A stretch of 64,000 bases of DNA, taken from a virus. Each line of letters starts with the position of its first letter. Positions within the stretch are counted from its first letter, which is position 1. The stretch spans positions 1 through 64,000 of the IMG/VR virus record IMGVR_UViG_3300027839_000006, one strand, 5' to 3'. Positions 21,101 through 28,223 of the stretch are shown piece after piece. Position numbers and translations under genes: made by a program. The notes beneath the pieces were generated by a model. The model was not told where the DNA came from. It saw only the letters and a list, made by a program, of their open reading frames with translations, and searched no databases.

Positions 21101-23973
21101 TCCGTATTGATTCTTCGGTCTGGGGCACTCTTCCAGACAACAATGTCGTTGGCTTCCGATACGACCTCGATGGAGACCAGCAAGCGGCCTACGGGTTTGC
21201 AGGCATTTCCCTTGCCACCAAGGTTGGTCTCACTCGTACAGATGAGGACGGGGTGGAAACGGCGGGTGCGGATTCGGCGACCCAGGTCTACGCTTTCGAT
21301 CCTCTATTGGTAGAGGACACCGTGGATATGGCGGTGGTGGCTAACCTTGGCATCGAAGAAGACAACAACGGGGCACCGGGGGATTACAAGATCCGCATCT
21401 ACGCTGACTTGATGAATAAGCCCAACGAGTTCATCGCTGATGTGAACAAGCCGGTCTTCAAGGGCGTGCCTTCGATGTTGGACATTTCCGACTGGCCCCA
21501 ACTTGTAGATGATGCAGCCCCGGTGGAAAGCCCGACCGTATTGACGCCTTGGACTGCTATCCGAGAGTTCGCTATGGGTGCCGCTTGTATCTTGCCTGGA
21601 GACAAGTTCAAGACAATCGTTCCGTTCTTGAACGCTGTTCCGGCAGACGTGGGGAATGAGGTTGGAGCGTCAGGCTTCTGGGCGATGGCAGGGATCTTTA
21701 CCGAGCCCTCATACCCATTGTCTGCCCAGAACTACTACGCAGACTACGATTGGATGGGTGCTCCTGACGACCCGAGCTACAACCATGTTCGGGTTGTGGA
21801 CGACCGGGGAACTTATGATCCAGAGACCGAGACACCCTCAGTGCCTCTTTTGAGCGGCGTACCAGAGGATACTATTGGGTTCCGTTTCGATGATGGTTTA
21901 CACCAGACCCTCTCCCCTGAAGTGGACCGTGCGCCTTACAGCGAACAGGTTGAGATTGAGATCCGCCGTATCCGCCGTTTCCACGGTGTCCAAGAGACAC
22001 TGGCAGGACAGTTTGAGCCGCTTCGCTTTGCATATGAGATCCGTCGAGGCATCCCCACTGCCTACGAGATTGATCCCCACAAGAAGACAGGGACCATACA
22101 CGCCGAGGGGTTCCTTTCAGATGCCTTTGGATTCTACGTTGATCCAAGCCGCCCTGATCACGATGAGGTTATCCATGAGTTCTCGGGCACCCAACTTGGT
22201 GGCTTTGACAACTCCGATGTGAATATCGCTCCAGGGGACACTTTCCGGTTGCTCTTGAATGGTGTCTTGATCGATGAAACCGAAGTTATCGGTCGGGGAA
22301 GCCGTATTGCATCTTGGGATGTTGCGTTCCAATCCCTCGCAGCATCCCTTGGCCCGAAAGGCGCTTGGAATGTCATGGGGACGAAGTTCCGTTGGGAGAA
22401 CTCCGCCTCAAGCCTGCGGGTTAGAACACCGGGCATCACGGACGAGACTTTCTTGGCAGCAGCCGCAGCCGGGGATGATCTGGCGGCACTCGGGTACTCC
22501 TTTGAGATCTACCTTCGCCAAGCGCCTGTTCCCCATGAGCAGTCAAACGAGCAGTTGTTGGATCTCATCACGGACATGAAGATCCATGAGACCAAGCCGG
22601 ACTACGAGACCCAACTCGGGGGCTATGTCCCGGCAATCCCTCTCTTGTCCACTACACCGGACTCTGATGAGGACGGGCTACCAGACGGGGAGCTTGACCC
22701 CGATACAGGAAACCCAAAGACCTGGGATCTCTATGCCAACCGTCTTTATGATGACCTTGCCGCTCCTGATGCGGGAGGCTTCGGGGCTTTGGGGATCGTA
22801 GAAGGAGACATCATCCTCATTGATATCGCCGGGACAGTAGAAGGCCCCCTCGGGTATCCCGACATTGTTGAACGAGGGGCACGTCCGTTTGGTGATCGGG
22901 GAATCAAGGCGAGAGATGGTCAACAAGGAGTCACGGGAGAGGACACCTTCAAGGAAGGGCACCCCTCCAAGCTGGACGACAACCGAGGCTATTACACGGT
23001 GGCTTCCGTAGAGAGTGACCATCTTGTTTTGACCCCGGGATACGTCAAGGAGTTCTCGGGCATCGATGGTGTTGATGTCACATTCCCAGAAACGGTGCCT
23101 GCACAAGAGGTTCTCGGGTATGCCATTTATCCAACGATCCACGAATCTCCTTTGCGGGCCGGTGATTTCTTCAAGGAACCAGATGAGTTGACCGAAGGAC
23201 AGATGGATCTCCGACCCACTCAATATGCAGGCATACAGAACAGTGGCGGCGTGGTCCTTGATTCAGACGAAGAGAACTCGTTTGATGTCAACGACTTCTC
23301 TATCAGGCCCTTCGGCTACAAGGTCATCCGACCCTCCCGGTTGTTTACTGAAGAGACCATTGACTTTGTTTTGATGGTCCGAGAGCGGATGCTCTCCTTC
23401 ATGGAGACGCTTCGTGGGCCGCTCATGGGGAACAAGACCGGGACGTACTACGACTTCCAAGATGAGAACCATGCGTGGGACATTGGGTATCCGGCAGTGC
23501 CGGAGTCTGGGAAGGGCGTTTATCACAACGATCTGATCATCGACCTCATCGGTCGGGTTGATGTTGCCCCGTTCGCCAACGATTCAGATTGCCTGTCTCT
23601 CTTGGATCGGCGGTTTTGGATCTTGGACACCCAACTCGACACCCTGACCCCGGGGAATGACGGCTTGTCCATGAGGAAGATGCAGTACGACACAGGCGAC
23701 AGCCCATACACCGGTTACAACGCTCTGAAGAACTTTGACTTCCCAGAAGGTACTGCGGCACCGGCATTGGTTCGGCCTGTATTGCCTGACCGAATCGATG
23801 AAGTGCTCAACATTCGGGACCGTTTTCGTGATCTTCGCTATACGTGGCTCTCTTATAGGACCAACCGACAGGATGGCTTGATTGTTCGAGCCCTCATGTT
23901 TGACCGGGATGTCCCCAAGATGATGAGGGAACGTGAAGAGTTCATTTTGAGGGCCAGATCCGGGATATTCTAA
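9148..23973 (+). CDS. Giant acidic multidomain structural protein, 4941 aa, function unassigned
   Basis: Uninterrupted 14.8-kb ORF with GGTGG upstream. D/E/G/P-rich and beta-rich. Contains DxDxDG-type loops, a GTGY...GVITGVRVLNAGSEY phage-type repeat, and several GD-x-hydrophobic...G-x-Y/W modules. Confidence 0.85.
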   Translation: MGFDFSGYVLRGATSADSNASTTGLASNGVVRDVKAVPHVESSSLGRPAYTLNSDNGEAPALVELDADQYRTSILNAPAEGTTEYIIWAANSSSMAIITGDENNPVNASGVVDPWVEEGGTGILANGSGLHVVAQKRGWPGDLNDGEPAASLIRTVFHEEGRSTADLSLFRRKDASRSIIVSDKGDRSISGIVGVRVTRGDTGHVFMFWAGLNADTKSLESAEEGDLTNIYEAFESVDPDAGIVTIKADKLGVSYDTQIHDDYARGAVTEDALLDDIAAAFGADQQGSPGLGGGFSFKRGDSVSRVMYFIAPSRFWWTRNDPYETRFGYDFKYRKFRPLKGTGIVKVGALAVETTYALIPPPSGVQVGEYLPGIPGVAGADEYSMVRVGRIPNSGSTPIAEADELAEHEFNGMLVVLDEDVSEEFNFSAYDPPLAGIVGAATGEVFFNPKFVLEYGGQSVWYSYRSFNTEANAFVGKLKGAETNKIPLFISPIPPPDTHPFIHFGSRRPLTPVLVDTDADLYDLEIGLVTEVGVSLTTGQLKFHDEVYGWPDPESEFFNYLYLGTTVYYNGLAMNAISQPIQSPSEMMWFGEDADQDTATPIRRWDMGDNKDIYVQTAQPFGGNGLGVSGVLHVPDGSGTTFDADGKVGTRQGGDNSAGWTVSGLVRSVKVRHLGVETVEVGDSFIFSSRGAVVTLDERDYAFDPNGFFMPDKALSVSQLPFFDWNVTGGRGVVAKSPEKEDGQGWMGETTGYVDLDGHGNFGSAVMLPRKERKRIATELNDWLAPGSAVTGLVYFQQSLFKPSTYTYRARLTSKVRDEFTFVGTEILRFAVNGTPYTWDAHALGDGTFDILEVVESLKASAADEGYTTPAGDSITTLQDEIDCVLNQTGAFVGGAEVGALAANVEDVGGYIILSGYDRIEIGWGPNGTKDLDACAALGLLPGWYAEDGRDNWLSDSGISFGLERSPFNRDRSSERPDFIHQYRVKNHKISPQGGVQPYPVMLVDYPPLEDIPGYGEGVFFQTQNTIKVGGGEQSQVRFLRQLIDVFYVFGENAFLWLEKEDIVESVEAPLRGLPLGKQSIIPESLLGCEPNPNMGLFVAEEGGSFELKVQDDEYLMLDGGNPGVAMLIDRVGSYVGTGGQGEFIEGETGFTNTFAAQDDNFLMMVETTIQEAGEDEEVGTSDDPEPFEEPGPVLPGYKLKILSGDALGWYEVIEVVDEHTLVVTPPFPTSAGQDGDYKVPWEIYDGMLDSEYDPAVVADALFTQWTHLPEEPFKIRTLAPLGNVPRFATQEETRLQAIVSDALISERLISLRFGLDHEAEDGSNVVELKRLPSEELGVVGNNTLMIPGVHPATPQEGFTDGRIEAQAFYVQLGTAAFTFESGLLIAVTDESSDEWDNPGAGSAVAYNPNTRKLRFGTSLLSSYASAVVYVIGSWMPPEQLAPGHAEFHPVTGYLNFSKADMDARGPQMVAEGETEEGGTAASYTLGIPVYFVEQMITTDRIDIACNPIGGAFVFLRPLRERLIVECEYSVADDEGNPKLIYELREDGTVLYNKDTGKPVPELDENGDVIYDEVREFLPLYIRSEEATKVDAYTYSFNPPESDEFQRTAFEDIEPMVWLNSHMLNYGTDAEVEIDFENNLIRLSQEGPTPVLPSIITEMLFSEFSPDTPRVTISYAVLETYGGEKVYNTSKSPIYRPPFFLEKGVDSFVLETDRTEGMRVGMLFRIGAATFYIKDASYDEEADETTVTIFPTTRSEVGSRSPGKDVLSLLSDRPVTLEVDGLEVPETSPQGFLLDLDDTQHGGDGTDDSGIEWEPVSQGSNRIEFQGNLLRFAVPGHLMEIGGYPYLIHEAMMSTDGLKTVVLTTQTFYTGHSMAYDAVRLSVRPIYPPDWRNPLGVNPILASEGFEFVRYGEKDSAGNELPGRTLVLGAEYTIDETSGATFLLAPLEPTLLPNQRILLHYTKVNMLAPAYDPASLTYRFPRFYAEYRYNTLPSLENGLLGAKVYSTYSFHHPDTFYTRIVPVESYSIEAAEEIMGDMSSRQGGQGPMLTAGQSMNEKDVGMRSITTDRSNLTDKDRVARLFLDFYNSVIVAFEQVKECLDGSLVGDRDGKFRYFIGRGKDTPPPGWEDSITGLLNPRNIFSMIYEEESNFPIFKNDWLYDPRYSTMDWGTIDGDWMDAEDREIFMQRQSKLVMNDVDDLVLTDQRLVWVWYWIFLFPIPWPKPKGVFERLSQPNELSRIFPESGTAFFRTHPGLKHDLSRRGQVSAREDWSGWYSILKLLEAGSWSWSEGITLPVFGSTWGKVSGYIENPVVGRMKYIDDMVLNDRFPRARIWDYFPSGIAAGAFGLDEDGALRPAEAIERPCMIATPMKISELPINPETGMPDIDLFMSNGNDGSNQNPPSGVHMDLGTGDFNLITPAWHDWWKGDITIAIGKPSGERLSVIDSGENAPVRVDQILYGCVVTFKDSGGDAITNGSALCWRNKDGDAGLPIQSTVTGSPVTQGDTLYDQKADNQFQEGDFDDPPTADDLEKILDASPDYDYTYSRKKGQLKDRTFWQVPKSNFWEQPWGLNPPRPCTELEAIVTFHNQDIEPNKNLPALLGEDKNDSGDYTLPYLRTTNTELDRFRQLSDLITEILTAKSPSINLMDGVFWSLDDGDGSLSIDDGGGSPEGVFTGDEFLDGETEVPHGMREGDMIYLSSASLVGGTFTGWHRVAKVTTATNFSLALFQEDGDYTGSITDNRYVVARPFTTFIDAWIAILFEGDPVEGGSGVVGGEYIYPDEVRGSDGTIVTELSTTASVFTNDADVVGYVPPAALLTNERHNELEYNASTPGKGNVQSHDILLVEVAGEGVTLPAGCQGLLSVGRIYRNQTEVGLTGDYDDYIDGDGDAVPAEEGGADLAYHTVVEPPRFITQTARGDALRYQLDNYLVHIHGATTSYPSGVFEHDWTAGPAAGNTADFSGSDPVEGDPFDNTNTSGVGIIEDRTKGIEFDIHPDTGETGTGHGRIIFDFSSLGQIELGDAALDGGELANVTENGSHATLMTDSDDTWKGSGGLNRILNTDGNKIVLRIFAREYLAWEQDPDGVPDSGDEFKVTVNPGDELLRVEFFNDGGTKKMLTTFAGGQWDHNRATTPDDSVGVGGSSAGWRTDQQFEPTSITFGSFDGNIEGYESEDDLDKFKCIVIEFDRLEQTAPGLVDLNDTPLQLRGFPGIPTEAGYHNLGSSWGTNAYLDPDGDGNNDDDITEGSRLGSSPDPAVHRSTYKYDFSFSVEAVSDTDAGVDGQSTTAWIDEDRLSFNEVLDLRLARGRGVRHPIGRQDLTTALMIHHCVVESADDAAGVETDIQSNLYINGVDSEDNPVPFTFLERDPDHHLEFPKVYGEGNYRIGCWRAGNASHDGSERGVLRVMPLEGWATAIPPQADFSFLFKIEHFNLDGVVHDPADPESILDPNRTGVLTTVELLSEGEANGGDHAILGKVPFTYGTVQVTLSDGRDDPAAGELDGTDPLVELVMEGGYITGITILNPGQGLPTDLQPEAGWVYPSSMPADFDITVTHVPGNLPIAADRLRFTLIPSTEYHETGTVSTDPAALGLFCRGYGTIRDGSHSIVSGIEIDPAVSITNGSDTDGGYHGGDLGAVVPGDILVIKGGSTAVEDTLSGGYSQRGSIKSGTYVVRHTVDPNVFPDGTAHFPEGDDLLALSLKNTIGSEGWVSTSFPLVDDDIASLNDDNEPLDEDGVVIPSPNPDNIVPGMDMAVSFEFEFDDESAVTGLTSATVRINDLVYFEGSPSSNEGDLTGHSFPVPGGVKHLQVTSGGTGYEVGDTITIAGAGTGATGVVTLVDEDGVITGVRVLNAGSEYTAAATATVVSDDGAAATLAVTVWEDCRIFIIVKANGMNSLVISAPYTALESKDPDVSTKGVFTLDVAHLELFIGADGQPIADAADAADVQAQAIFDEFYLKLVTLNYSMVDPTLSRGLTKNLQVSGMVYFPIRIDSSVWGTLPDNNVVGFRYDLDGDQQAAYGFAGISLATKVGLTRTDEDGVETAGADSATQVYAFDPLLVEDTVDMAVVANLGIEEDNNGAPGDYKIRIYADLMNKPNEFIADVNKPVFKGVPSMLDISDWPQLVDDAAPVESPTVLTPWTAIREFAMGAACILPGDKFKTIVPFLNAVPADVGNEVGASGFWAMAGIFTEPSYPLSAQNYYADYDWMGAPDDPSYNHVRVVDDRGTYDPETETPSVPLLSGVPEDTIGFRFDDGLHQTLSPEVDRAPYSEQVEIEIRRIRRFHGVQETLAGQFEPLRFAYEIRRGIPTAYEIDPHKKTGTIHAEGFLSDAFGFYVDPSRPDHDEVIHEFSGTQLGGFDNSDVNIAPGDTFRLLLNGVLIDETEVIGRGSRIASWDVAFQSLAASLGPKGAWNVMGTKFRWENSASSLRVRTPGITDETFLAAAAAGDDLAALGYSFEIYLRQAPVPHEQSNEQLLDLITDMKIHETKPDYETQLGGYVPAIPLLSTTPDSDEDGLPDGELDPDTGNPKTWDLYANRLYDDLAAPDAGGFGALGIVEGDIILIDIAGTVEGPLGYPDIVERGARPFGDRGIKARDGQQGVTGEDTFKEGHPSKLDDNRGYYTVASVESDHLVLTPGYVKEFSGIDGVDVTFPETVPAQEVLGYAIYPTIHESPLRAGDFFKEPDELTEGQMDLRPTQYAGIQNSGGVVLDSDEENSFDVNDFSIRPFGYKVIRPSRLFTEETIDFVLMVRERMLSFMETLRGPLMGNKTGTYYDFQDENHAWDIGYPAVPESGKGVYHNDLIIDLIGRVDVAPFANDSDCLSLLDRRFWILDTQLDTLTPGNDGLSMRKMQYDTGDSPYTGYNALKNFDFPEGTAAPALVRPVLPDRIDEVLNIRDRFRDLRYTWLSYRTNRQDGLIVRALMFDRDVPKMMREREEFILRARSGIF

Positions 23974-23984
23974 TGAGGTGAGAG

Positions 23985-24257
23985 ATGTCTGACGACCCAA
24001 CCATATCCGAGGCCATGACCGAGGAAGAGATCCAGAGGATGCTCGGGGATCTCAAAAAGAAAGGCGCTGAACCTGGGGCGTGGGGAAAGACCGTGCCTGG
24101 GAAGCACAGCCATCCATTTGTTGAACGGCAAAAAGCCTCTTTGGAAAGCATGAAGAAGGTTTTTGAGGCCCAAGTACAGCAGGATCAAGAACAGATTGAA
24201 GCCCTCCAAGAGATGCTCCAGCGATTGAAGCATGGAGGGGGAAGCTACCGTGGCTGA
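23985..24257 (+). CDS. Small coiled-coil protein, 90 aa
   Basis: Strong RBS (GAGGTG). Heptad-like C-terminal half SLESMKKVFEAQVQQDQEQIEALQEMLQRLK. Fills the gap between its neighbours. Confidence 0.75.
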   Translation: MSDDPTISEAMTEEEIQRMLGDLKKKGAEPGAWGKTVPGKHSHPFVERQKASLESMKKVFEAQVQQDQEQIEALQEMLQRLKHGGGSYRG

Positions 24258-27180
24258 GATTACAACAGGGGAATGGTACGGCGGCAAGCTCTTTGAGTGG
24301 CCCGAAGAGATCTACAAGTTCAAGGAGTACGTCAACGAGATCGCTCAATGGCTGATTGCGGCATTAGAGATCGCCTCAATGGCTTTGGAGATCATCAAAG
24401 CCTATCTCATCTGCTTCCTTGATCCGCTGTTGGCCTTGGTCAAAGCCATCATCGCCGAGATTCGAGCCTTCCTTCGAGACTTTGCTCAAATCGGGGTCTA
24501 TCTCACGGGGGATTTCCCTATCTACGGCAACGGCTACCTGGGGGACTTTGGTCCCTCGCCTTCCACAGACTTGAGCACGGTCTGGCCGCTCAAGAACCTA
24601 ATCGGCGGGTTTAGTGCGGCTGAAAGGCGCATGATCGGAAGGCTGGCTAATCGAGCAGACCCGGGACGGCCTGACGTTTCCCCAAGGGTCAAAGTTCTTG
24701 CAATCTCTTTCTATGTCACCGCTGACTTTACAGCCATCTACGGCATGATTCGAGCTATTCGAGCTTTCATCAAGCTCTTCAAGATAGATGCTCCAAGCGA
24801 CGGCGGCCTACCGCAACCCTCTGGTTTAGGTTTGGCTTACGGTAGTGACGCCAGTCTTGGGGGTGCATCAGAGTTCCTCACTATTTTCGAGGCACAGGCC
24901 GATGCCGGGGGGGCCGAACCAGCCTTGTTGACAGCGACCTGGGGCCTAAACGAGCCGGGGTCCGCAGTATTTGGGATCACCCTCCCACTGATTGGACCCC
25001 CAGGTTGGATGATCGAAGTATCGACCGAACCCGCTGGTCTGCCTCTGTATATTGAGCGACAAAGCGAAACTGATGCTACTCCAGCAGCAAGCGGAAGCGG
25101 CGCTCGTCGGCAATCCACCGAGAGTGTTCCAATCTACGTGGCGAAGAAGGAACTAACTCAACTGGTCCTTTATGGTGGTGCTGATCAGTTGGCTATCGAT
25201 GATGCCTATGGGTACAACAAGCAGGGCACAGGCGATGACGGCCACCTGAAAGACGGGGGTCACAGACTTTTCTCCAAGATTGGGGGGTCTGAACTACCTG
25301 TACCTTTGGATATGCTCAAGGACGGTGACACGTACTACTTCCAAAGGACATTCTATCTTTCATCGGGAGCAGCCCTGCTCGACGGACCCCCCTCTTCGTC
25401 GTTTTCCCAAACGATGCTGAAAAAGGATCTGCCGCATAAAGCAAAGATCTCCAAAGGGGCTGGAGGGAAGATTGAGTTCACGGACGACGGCTTTGCCCCG
25501 ACCTACTACGTTCGAGTGAGGGCGGTTGATTCAAACGTAAACGATGGGGGACCACCGGATGGCGGCGGCTTCGATTCGGAGTTTCGCTATCGTTATATCT
25601 TCGACACCCGAAACGTGGATGCAGGGGGCATTGTTGCCCCGATCTTTCCAACCATCAATGGTGAATCCTTGGATGGTTCTTGTGCTGGCCGACCCTCTTC
25701 CATAAGTGAACTTGGTATCCCAGGAGACAATACAGCAGACGTACTAATGTCTATTAGGACGGCATTGGCAATCTTGATTCTGGCCCGTGTTGACATGAAC
25801 TCTATTGACGAGCTTGATCCTGACCGAGCCCCCATTGACGAGACGTTCATCATGGGCACTTCTGCTTCTACGGCCACATTCCTTTCTATGCCGATGGATG
25901 CGAGGCTGACGACAGCAGGTCGTGCAACCGGATTGGAGTTTGCTCGCCCGTTGATTGAAGAGATGTTGGGTTCTGACCCCACCGCCTTCTACGACAAGAC
26001 CTCTACGGATGCGGCGTTTGTGGACGATATCTCCAGCCGAGTCCAAATGATGGCAAAGAAGATCTATGGTCGCATGGGAAATCTTGGGGACGCATTAGAA
26101 GAGATGCTTGCCGAAGAGACTGAACACTTGCGAACTGTGAAGTGGGACGATCTTTGGCCTGACGCTGGCAGTTATGCCGCAGGCAATAGGACGATCCTTG
26201 AATCCGTTACGAGCGGCATAGGAACACGGGGGTTGGTTCGGAACCTTCAATGCGAATATCAGAATGATCCCGAGGGACTCGCCGCCCTTATGTTAGGCAC
26301 CAGCCCCAACGGGGAGATACGCACCGACACCACCAGCATCGACTATTTTTCGGTGTCCCAGGAGATGTCGATTGCCGGGGATGTACCGCTGATCCTTTCC
26401 GGTGAAGGTCTTGCGAAACTCAAAAAACACTACGAAGATGCTTGTGATACGGACGCCTTGGCTCGATTACAGTCGGCTATTGCGGCCAATCCCCAAGGGG
26501 TGCCCGTCGTTTCCCCCGAAGAGTTGGCGGTGATGGTGCCGGAGGGTGGCCCTGGCACGACACAGGCGGCACAGCCAGAAATGATCTCTTATGCCCAGCC
26601 GAACTTCCCAGTGATTCGAGGGACCGGCACTGGTTCCAAGAAGTCTTGGGTGTCGTGTCGGACTCTGCTTCGACAAGACGGGGAGTTGTTCAGGCAAGCA
26701 GGTCTCGTCTTGAATATCGCTGTTGCAGCCCAACGGAAAAAATCAGCTTGGATGTATTGGCGTATCGGTCCCATGCTGGACCTTGAGAAGTTCTTTCAAG
26801 CGATCATCAACTGGATTGAGTCAGCCGCTAAAGCAATCCAAGCAATCATCGACACCATTCTGGAGTACATCAACTACATCCAGCAGCGGATCTATGAGGT
26901 TCAGGCACTCATTAGGAAGATCAACGCCATCATCCAATCCATCTTCCTCTTTGAGATCCCTGCCGGATATGTGTCTTTCTACTACTCTGACGGGACGGAC
27001 GGCTTGCTAATGGACTTCATGTCCTCTGAAAACAAGCCCACGGACGCCCCTACGGCATGGGGGGCTTGTGCGCTGGCGGTTGTCCCTCTTATCCCCTACT
27101 CCGATTGGCTCCTTGGCTTACTTTTCCCCAGCTTGTTCGAGGAAGACACAGAGACTACGGGTGGGGAGGCAGCTACCTAA
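24250..27180 (+). CDS. Hypothetical structural protein (about 976 aa) with long amphipathic helices at both ends
   Basis: GTG at 24250 lies downstream of GGAGGGG (track start is 24232). N-terminal IAQWLIAALEIASMALEIIKAYL..., C-terminal FFQAIINWIESAAKAIQAIIDTILEYINYIQQRI..., and an FN3-like YYVRVRAVD strand. Confidence 0.8.
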   Translation: MAEITTGEWYGGKLFEWPEEIYKFKEYVNEIAQWLIAALEIASMALEIIKAYLICFLDPLLALVKAIIAEIRAFLRDFAQIGVYLTGDFPIYGNGYLGDFGPSPSTDLSTVWPLKNLIGGFSAAERRMIGRLANRADPGRPDVSPRVKVLAISFYVTADFTAIYGMIRAIRAFIKLFKIDAPSDGGLPQPSGLGLAYGSDASLGGASEFLTIFEAQADAGGAEPALLTATWGLNEPGSAVFGITLPLIGPPGWMIEVSTEPAGLPLYIERQSETDATPAASGSGARRQSTESVPIYVAKKELTQLVLYGGADQLAIDDAYGYNKQGTGDDGHLKDGGHRLFSKIGGSELPVPLDMLKDGDTYYFQRTFYLSSGAALLDGPPSSSFSQTMLKKDLPHKAKISKGAGGKIEFTDDGFAPTYYVRVRAVDSNVNDGGPPDGGGFDSEFRYRYIFDTRNVDAGGIVAPIFPTINGESLDGSCAGRPSSISELGIPGDNTADVLMSIRTALAILILARVDMNSIDELDPDRAPIDETFIMGTSASTATFLSMPMDARLTTAGRATGLEFARPLIEEMLGSDPTAFYDKTSTDAAFVDDISSRVQMMAKKIYGRMGNLGDALEEMLAEETEHLRTVKWDDLWPDAGSYAAGNRTILESVTSGIGTRGLVRNLQCEYQNDPEGLAALMLGTSPNGEIRTDTTSIDYFSVSQEMSIAGDVPLILSGEGLAKLKKHYEDACDTDALARLQSAIAANPQGVPVVSPEELAVMVPEGGPGTTQAAQPEMISYAQPNFPVIRGTGTGSKKSWVSCRTLLRQDGELFRQAGLVLNIAVAAQRKKSAWMYWRIGPMLDLEKFFQAIINWIESAAKAIQAIIDTILEYINYIQQRIYEVQALIRKINAIIQSIFLFEIPAGYVSFYYSDGTDGLLMDFMSSENKPTDAPTAWGACALAVVPLIPYSDWLLGLLFPSLFEEDTETTGGEAAT

Positions 27181-28190
27181 TGGGCTCTTTTGGAGGAATG
27201 TCGAGGCTTCGGACCGGATACTGGAGAGGTATCCGAGATTGGCTCTTGCGAGAAGGCGTTGACGTTGAACGTCGGATTCAAGCCATTGGTGTGGAACGAA
27301 ACCGTATTGGAACGATCACTGTCGTCTACGGTCAAAAGGGTGTTGGGGCAAGTGTCATTAGGACAGAGAGCCGCCGAGCATTTGCGGTGTCCCCAGGATC
27401 TTCTTTGGAGAAGTTGGTTCAGGCTTACGTTATGATGGGCGGCAATCCATTGGACATTTCAATGTTCATGCTACCTGATAGAACCGTACACATCTCATCT
27501 GCCAAGGACCACAATGATGTGGATGTATATGAGGAAGTATACCCCTATGGTGGTGTAGCCGCCCCCGTCAGTGCCCACGGCCCAGAAGACACCACGATGG
27601 ATCGAGGGTCTTTACCAGACGGTGCCCCGGTTCAAGCAAGTGATTACAGTTCATACCCAGGTGGGAAGCTCAATCTCAAGAAATATAGTGCAGAGCGCAT
27701 TGGGGGCCAAGCACGGTTGGTTTGGTTGGATGTTCATACGAGCACTTCCCACACTATCCATAAGGCAAGGCGGTGGGCGAACCAAGAGATTGCGGAGAAG
27801 CTCCATCTACTTGAACACAAGATCATCAAGCTCATGGATCTTCGTGAACAGCTTTGGGACGAGTATTACTTCGAGCTTGGTCAAGCCTGGGCAGGAACGA
27901 TTGCGGCGTTTGACGCCACTGCTATGCCGAGCAAGCTGATTGACGGGCAAGACCTTTCCTTTGTCGATGATGAGGACGATTCTGATTCCATGTTTGGGGA
28001 CCGGGGGATTTACGTGAAGGTTCATACCTTGGCCTCCATCGTCTCGGACCTCGATGACATTTTCTTCGTTCAACAGAAATCCGGTCAGACCATGTTCGTC
28101 CCTCAATATGATGATCTATTGGTCAATACGCAGTGGGCTTATGGAGATTTACCGCAGGGCGAGGAAGCCTTGCTCACCTTGATGATGTAA
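27180..28190 (+). CDS. Hypothetical protein, about 336 aa
   Basis: TAATG stop/start overlap at 27178-27182 with GGGGAGG upstream supports a start at 27180 rather than 27057. Helical segment EKLHLLEHKIIKLMDLREQL. Confidence 0.75.
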   Translation: MGSFGGMSRLRTGYWRGIRDWLLREGVDVERRIQAIGVERNRIGTITVVYGQKGVGASVIRTESRRAFAVSPGSSLEKLVQAYVMMGGNPLDISMFMLPDRTVHISSAKDHNDVDVYEEVYPYGGVAAPVSAHGPEDTTMDRGSLPDGAPVQASDYSSYPGGKLNLKKYSAERIGGQARLVWLDVHTSTSHTIHKARRWANQEIAEKLHLLEHKIIKLMDLREQLWDEYYFELGQAWAGTIAAFDATAMPSKLIDGQDLSFVDDEDDSDSMFGDRGIYVKVHTLASIVSDLDDIFFVQQKSGQTMFVPQYDDLLVNTQWAYGDLPQGEEALLTLMM

Positions 28191-28191
28191 C

Positions 28192-28223
28192 CGTTTTCCG
28201 CTCTATACACCCCCTTATGGTGG
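28192..28223 (+). promoter_or_regulatory. Intergenic motif copy 1 (putative late promoter)
   Basis: CGTT-TTCC-GCT-CTATA-N11-GGTGG; aligns without gaps to the copies at 34456, 45127 and 57032. Confidence 0.5.

Noticed and set aside
19990-21183. 397-aa minus-strand ORF (also 10333-11166, 46196-47371, 7076-7786 and many shorter ones)
   Set aside because: These lie entirely antisense to long + strand genes and have no recognisable motifs. Low use of TTA/CTA/TCA codons on the coding strand explains long shadow frames.
9148-23973. Acidic proteins as evidence of a halophilic host
   Set aside because: Virion structural proteins are often acidic, and the window has no non-structural genes for comparison.
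27057-27179. Track start for the 377-aa ORF
   Set aside because: It would overlap the upstream gene by 124 nt; the TAATG junction and RBS favour 27180. Track starts 6084 and 24232 were likewise replaced by 6108 and 24250.
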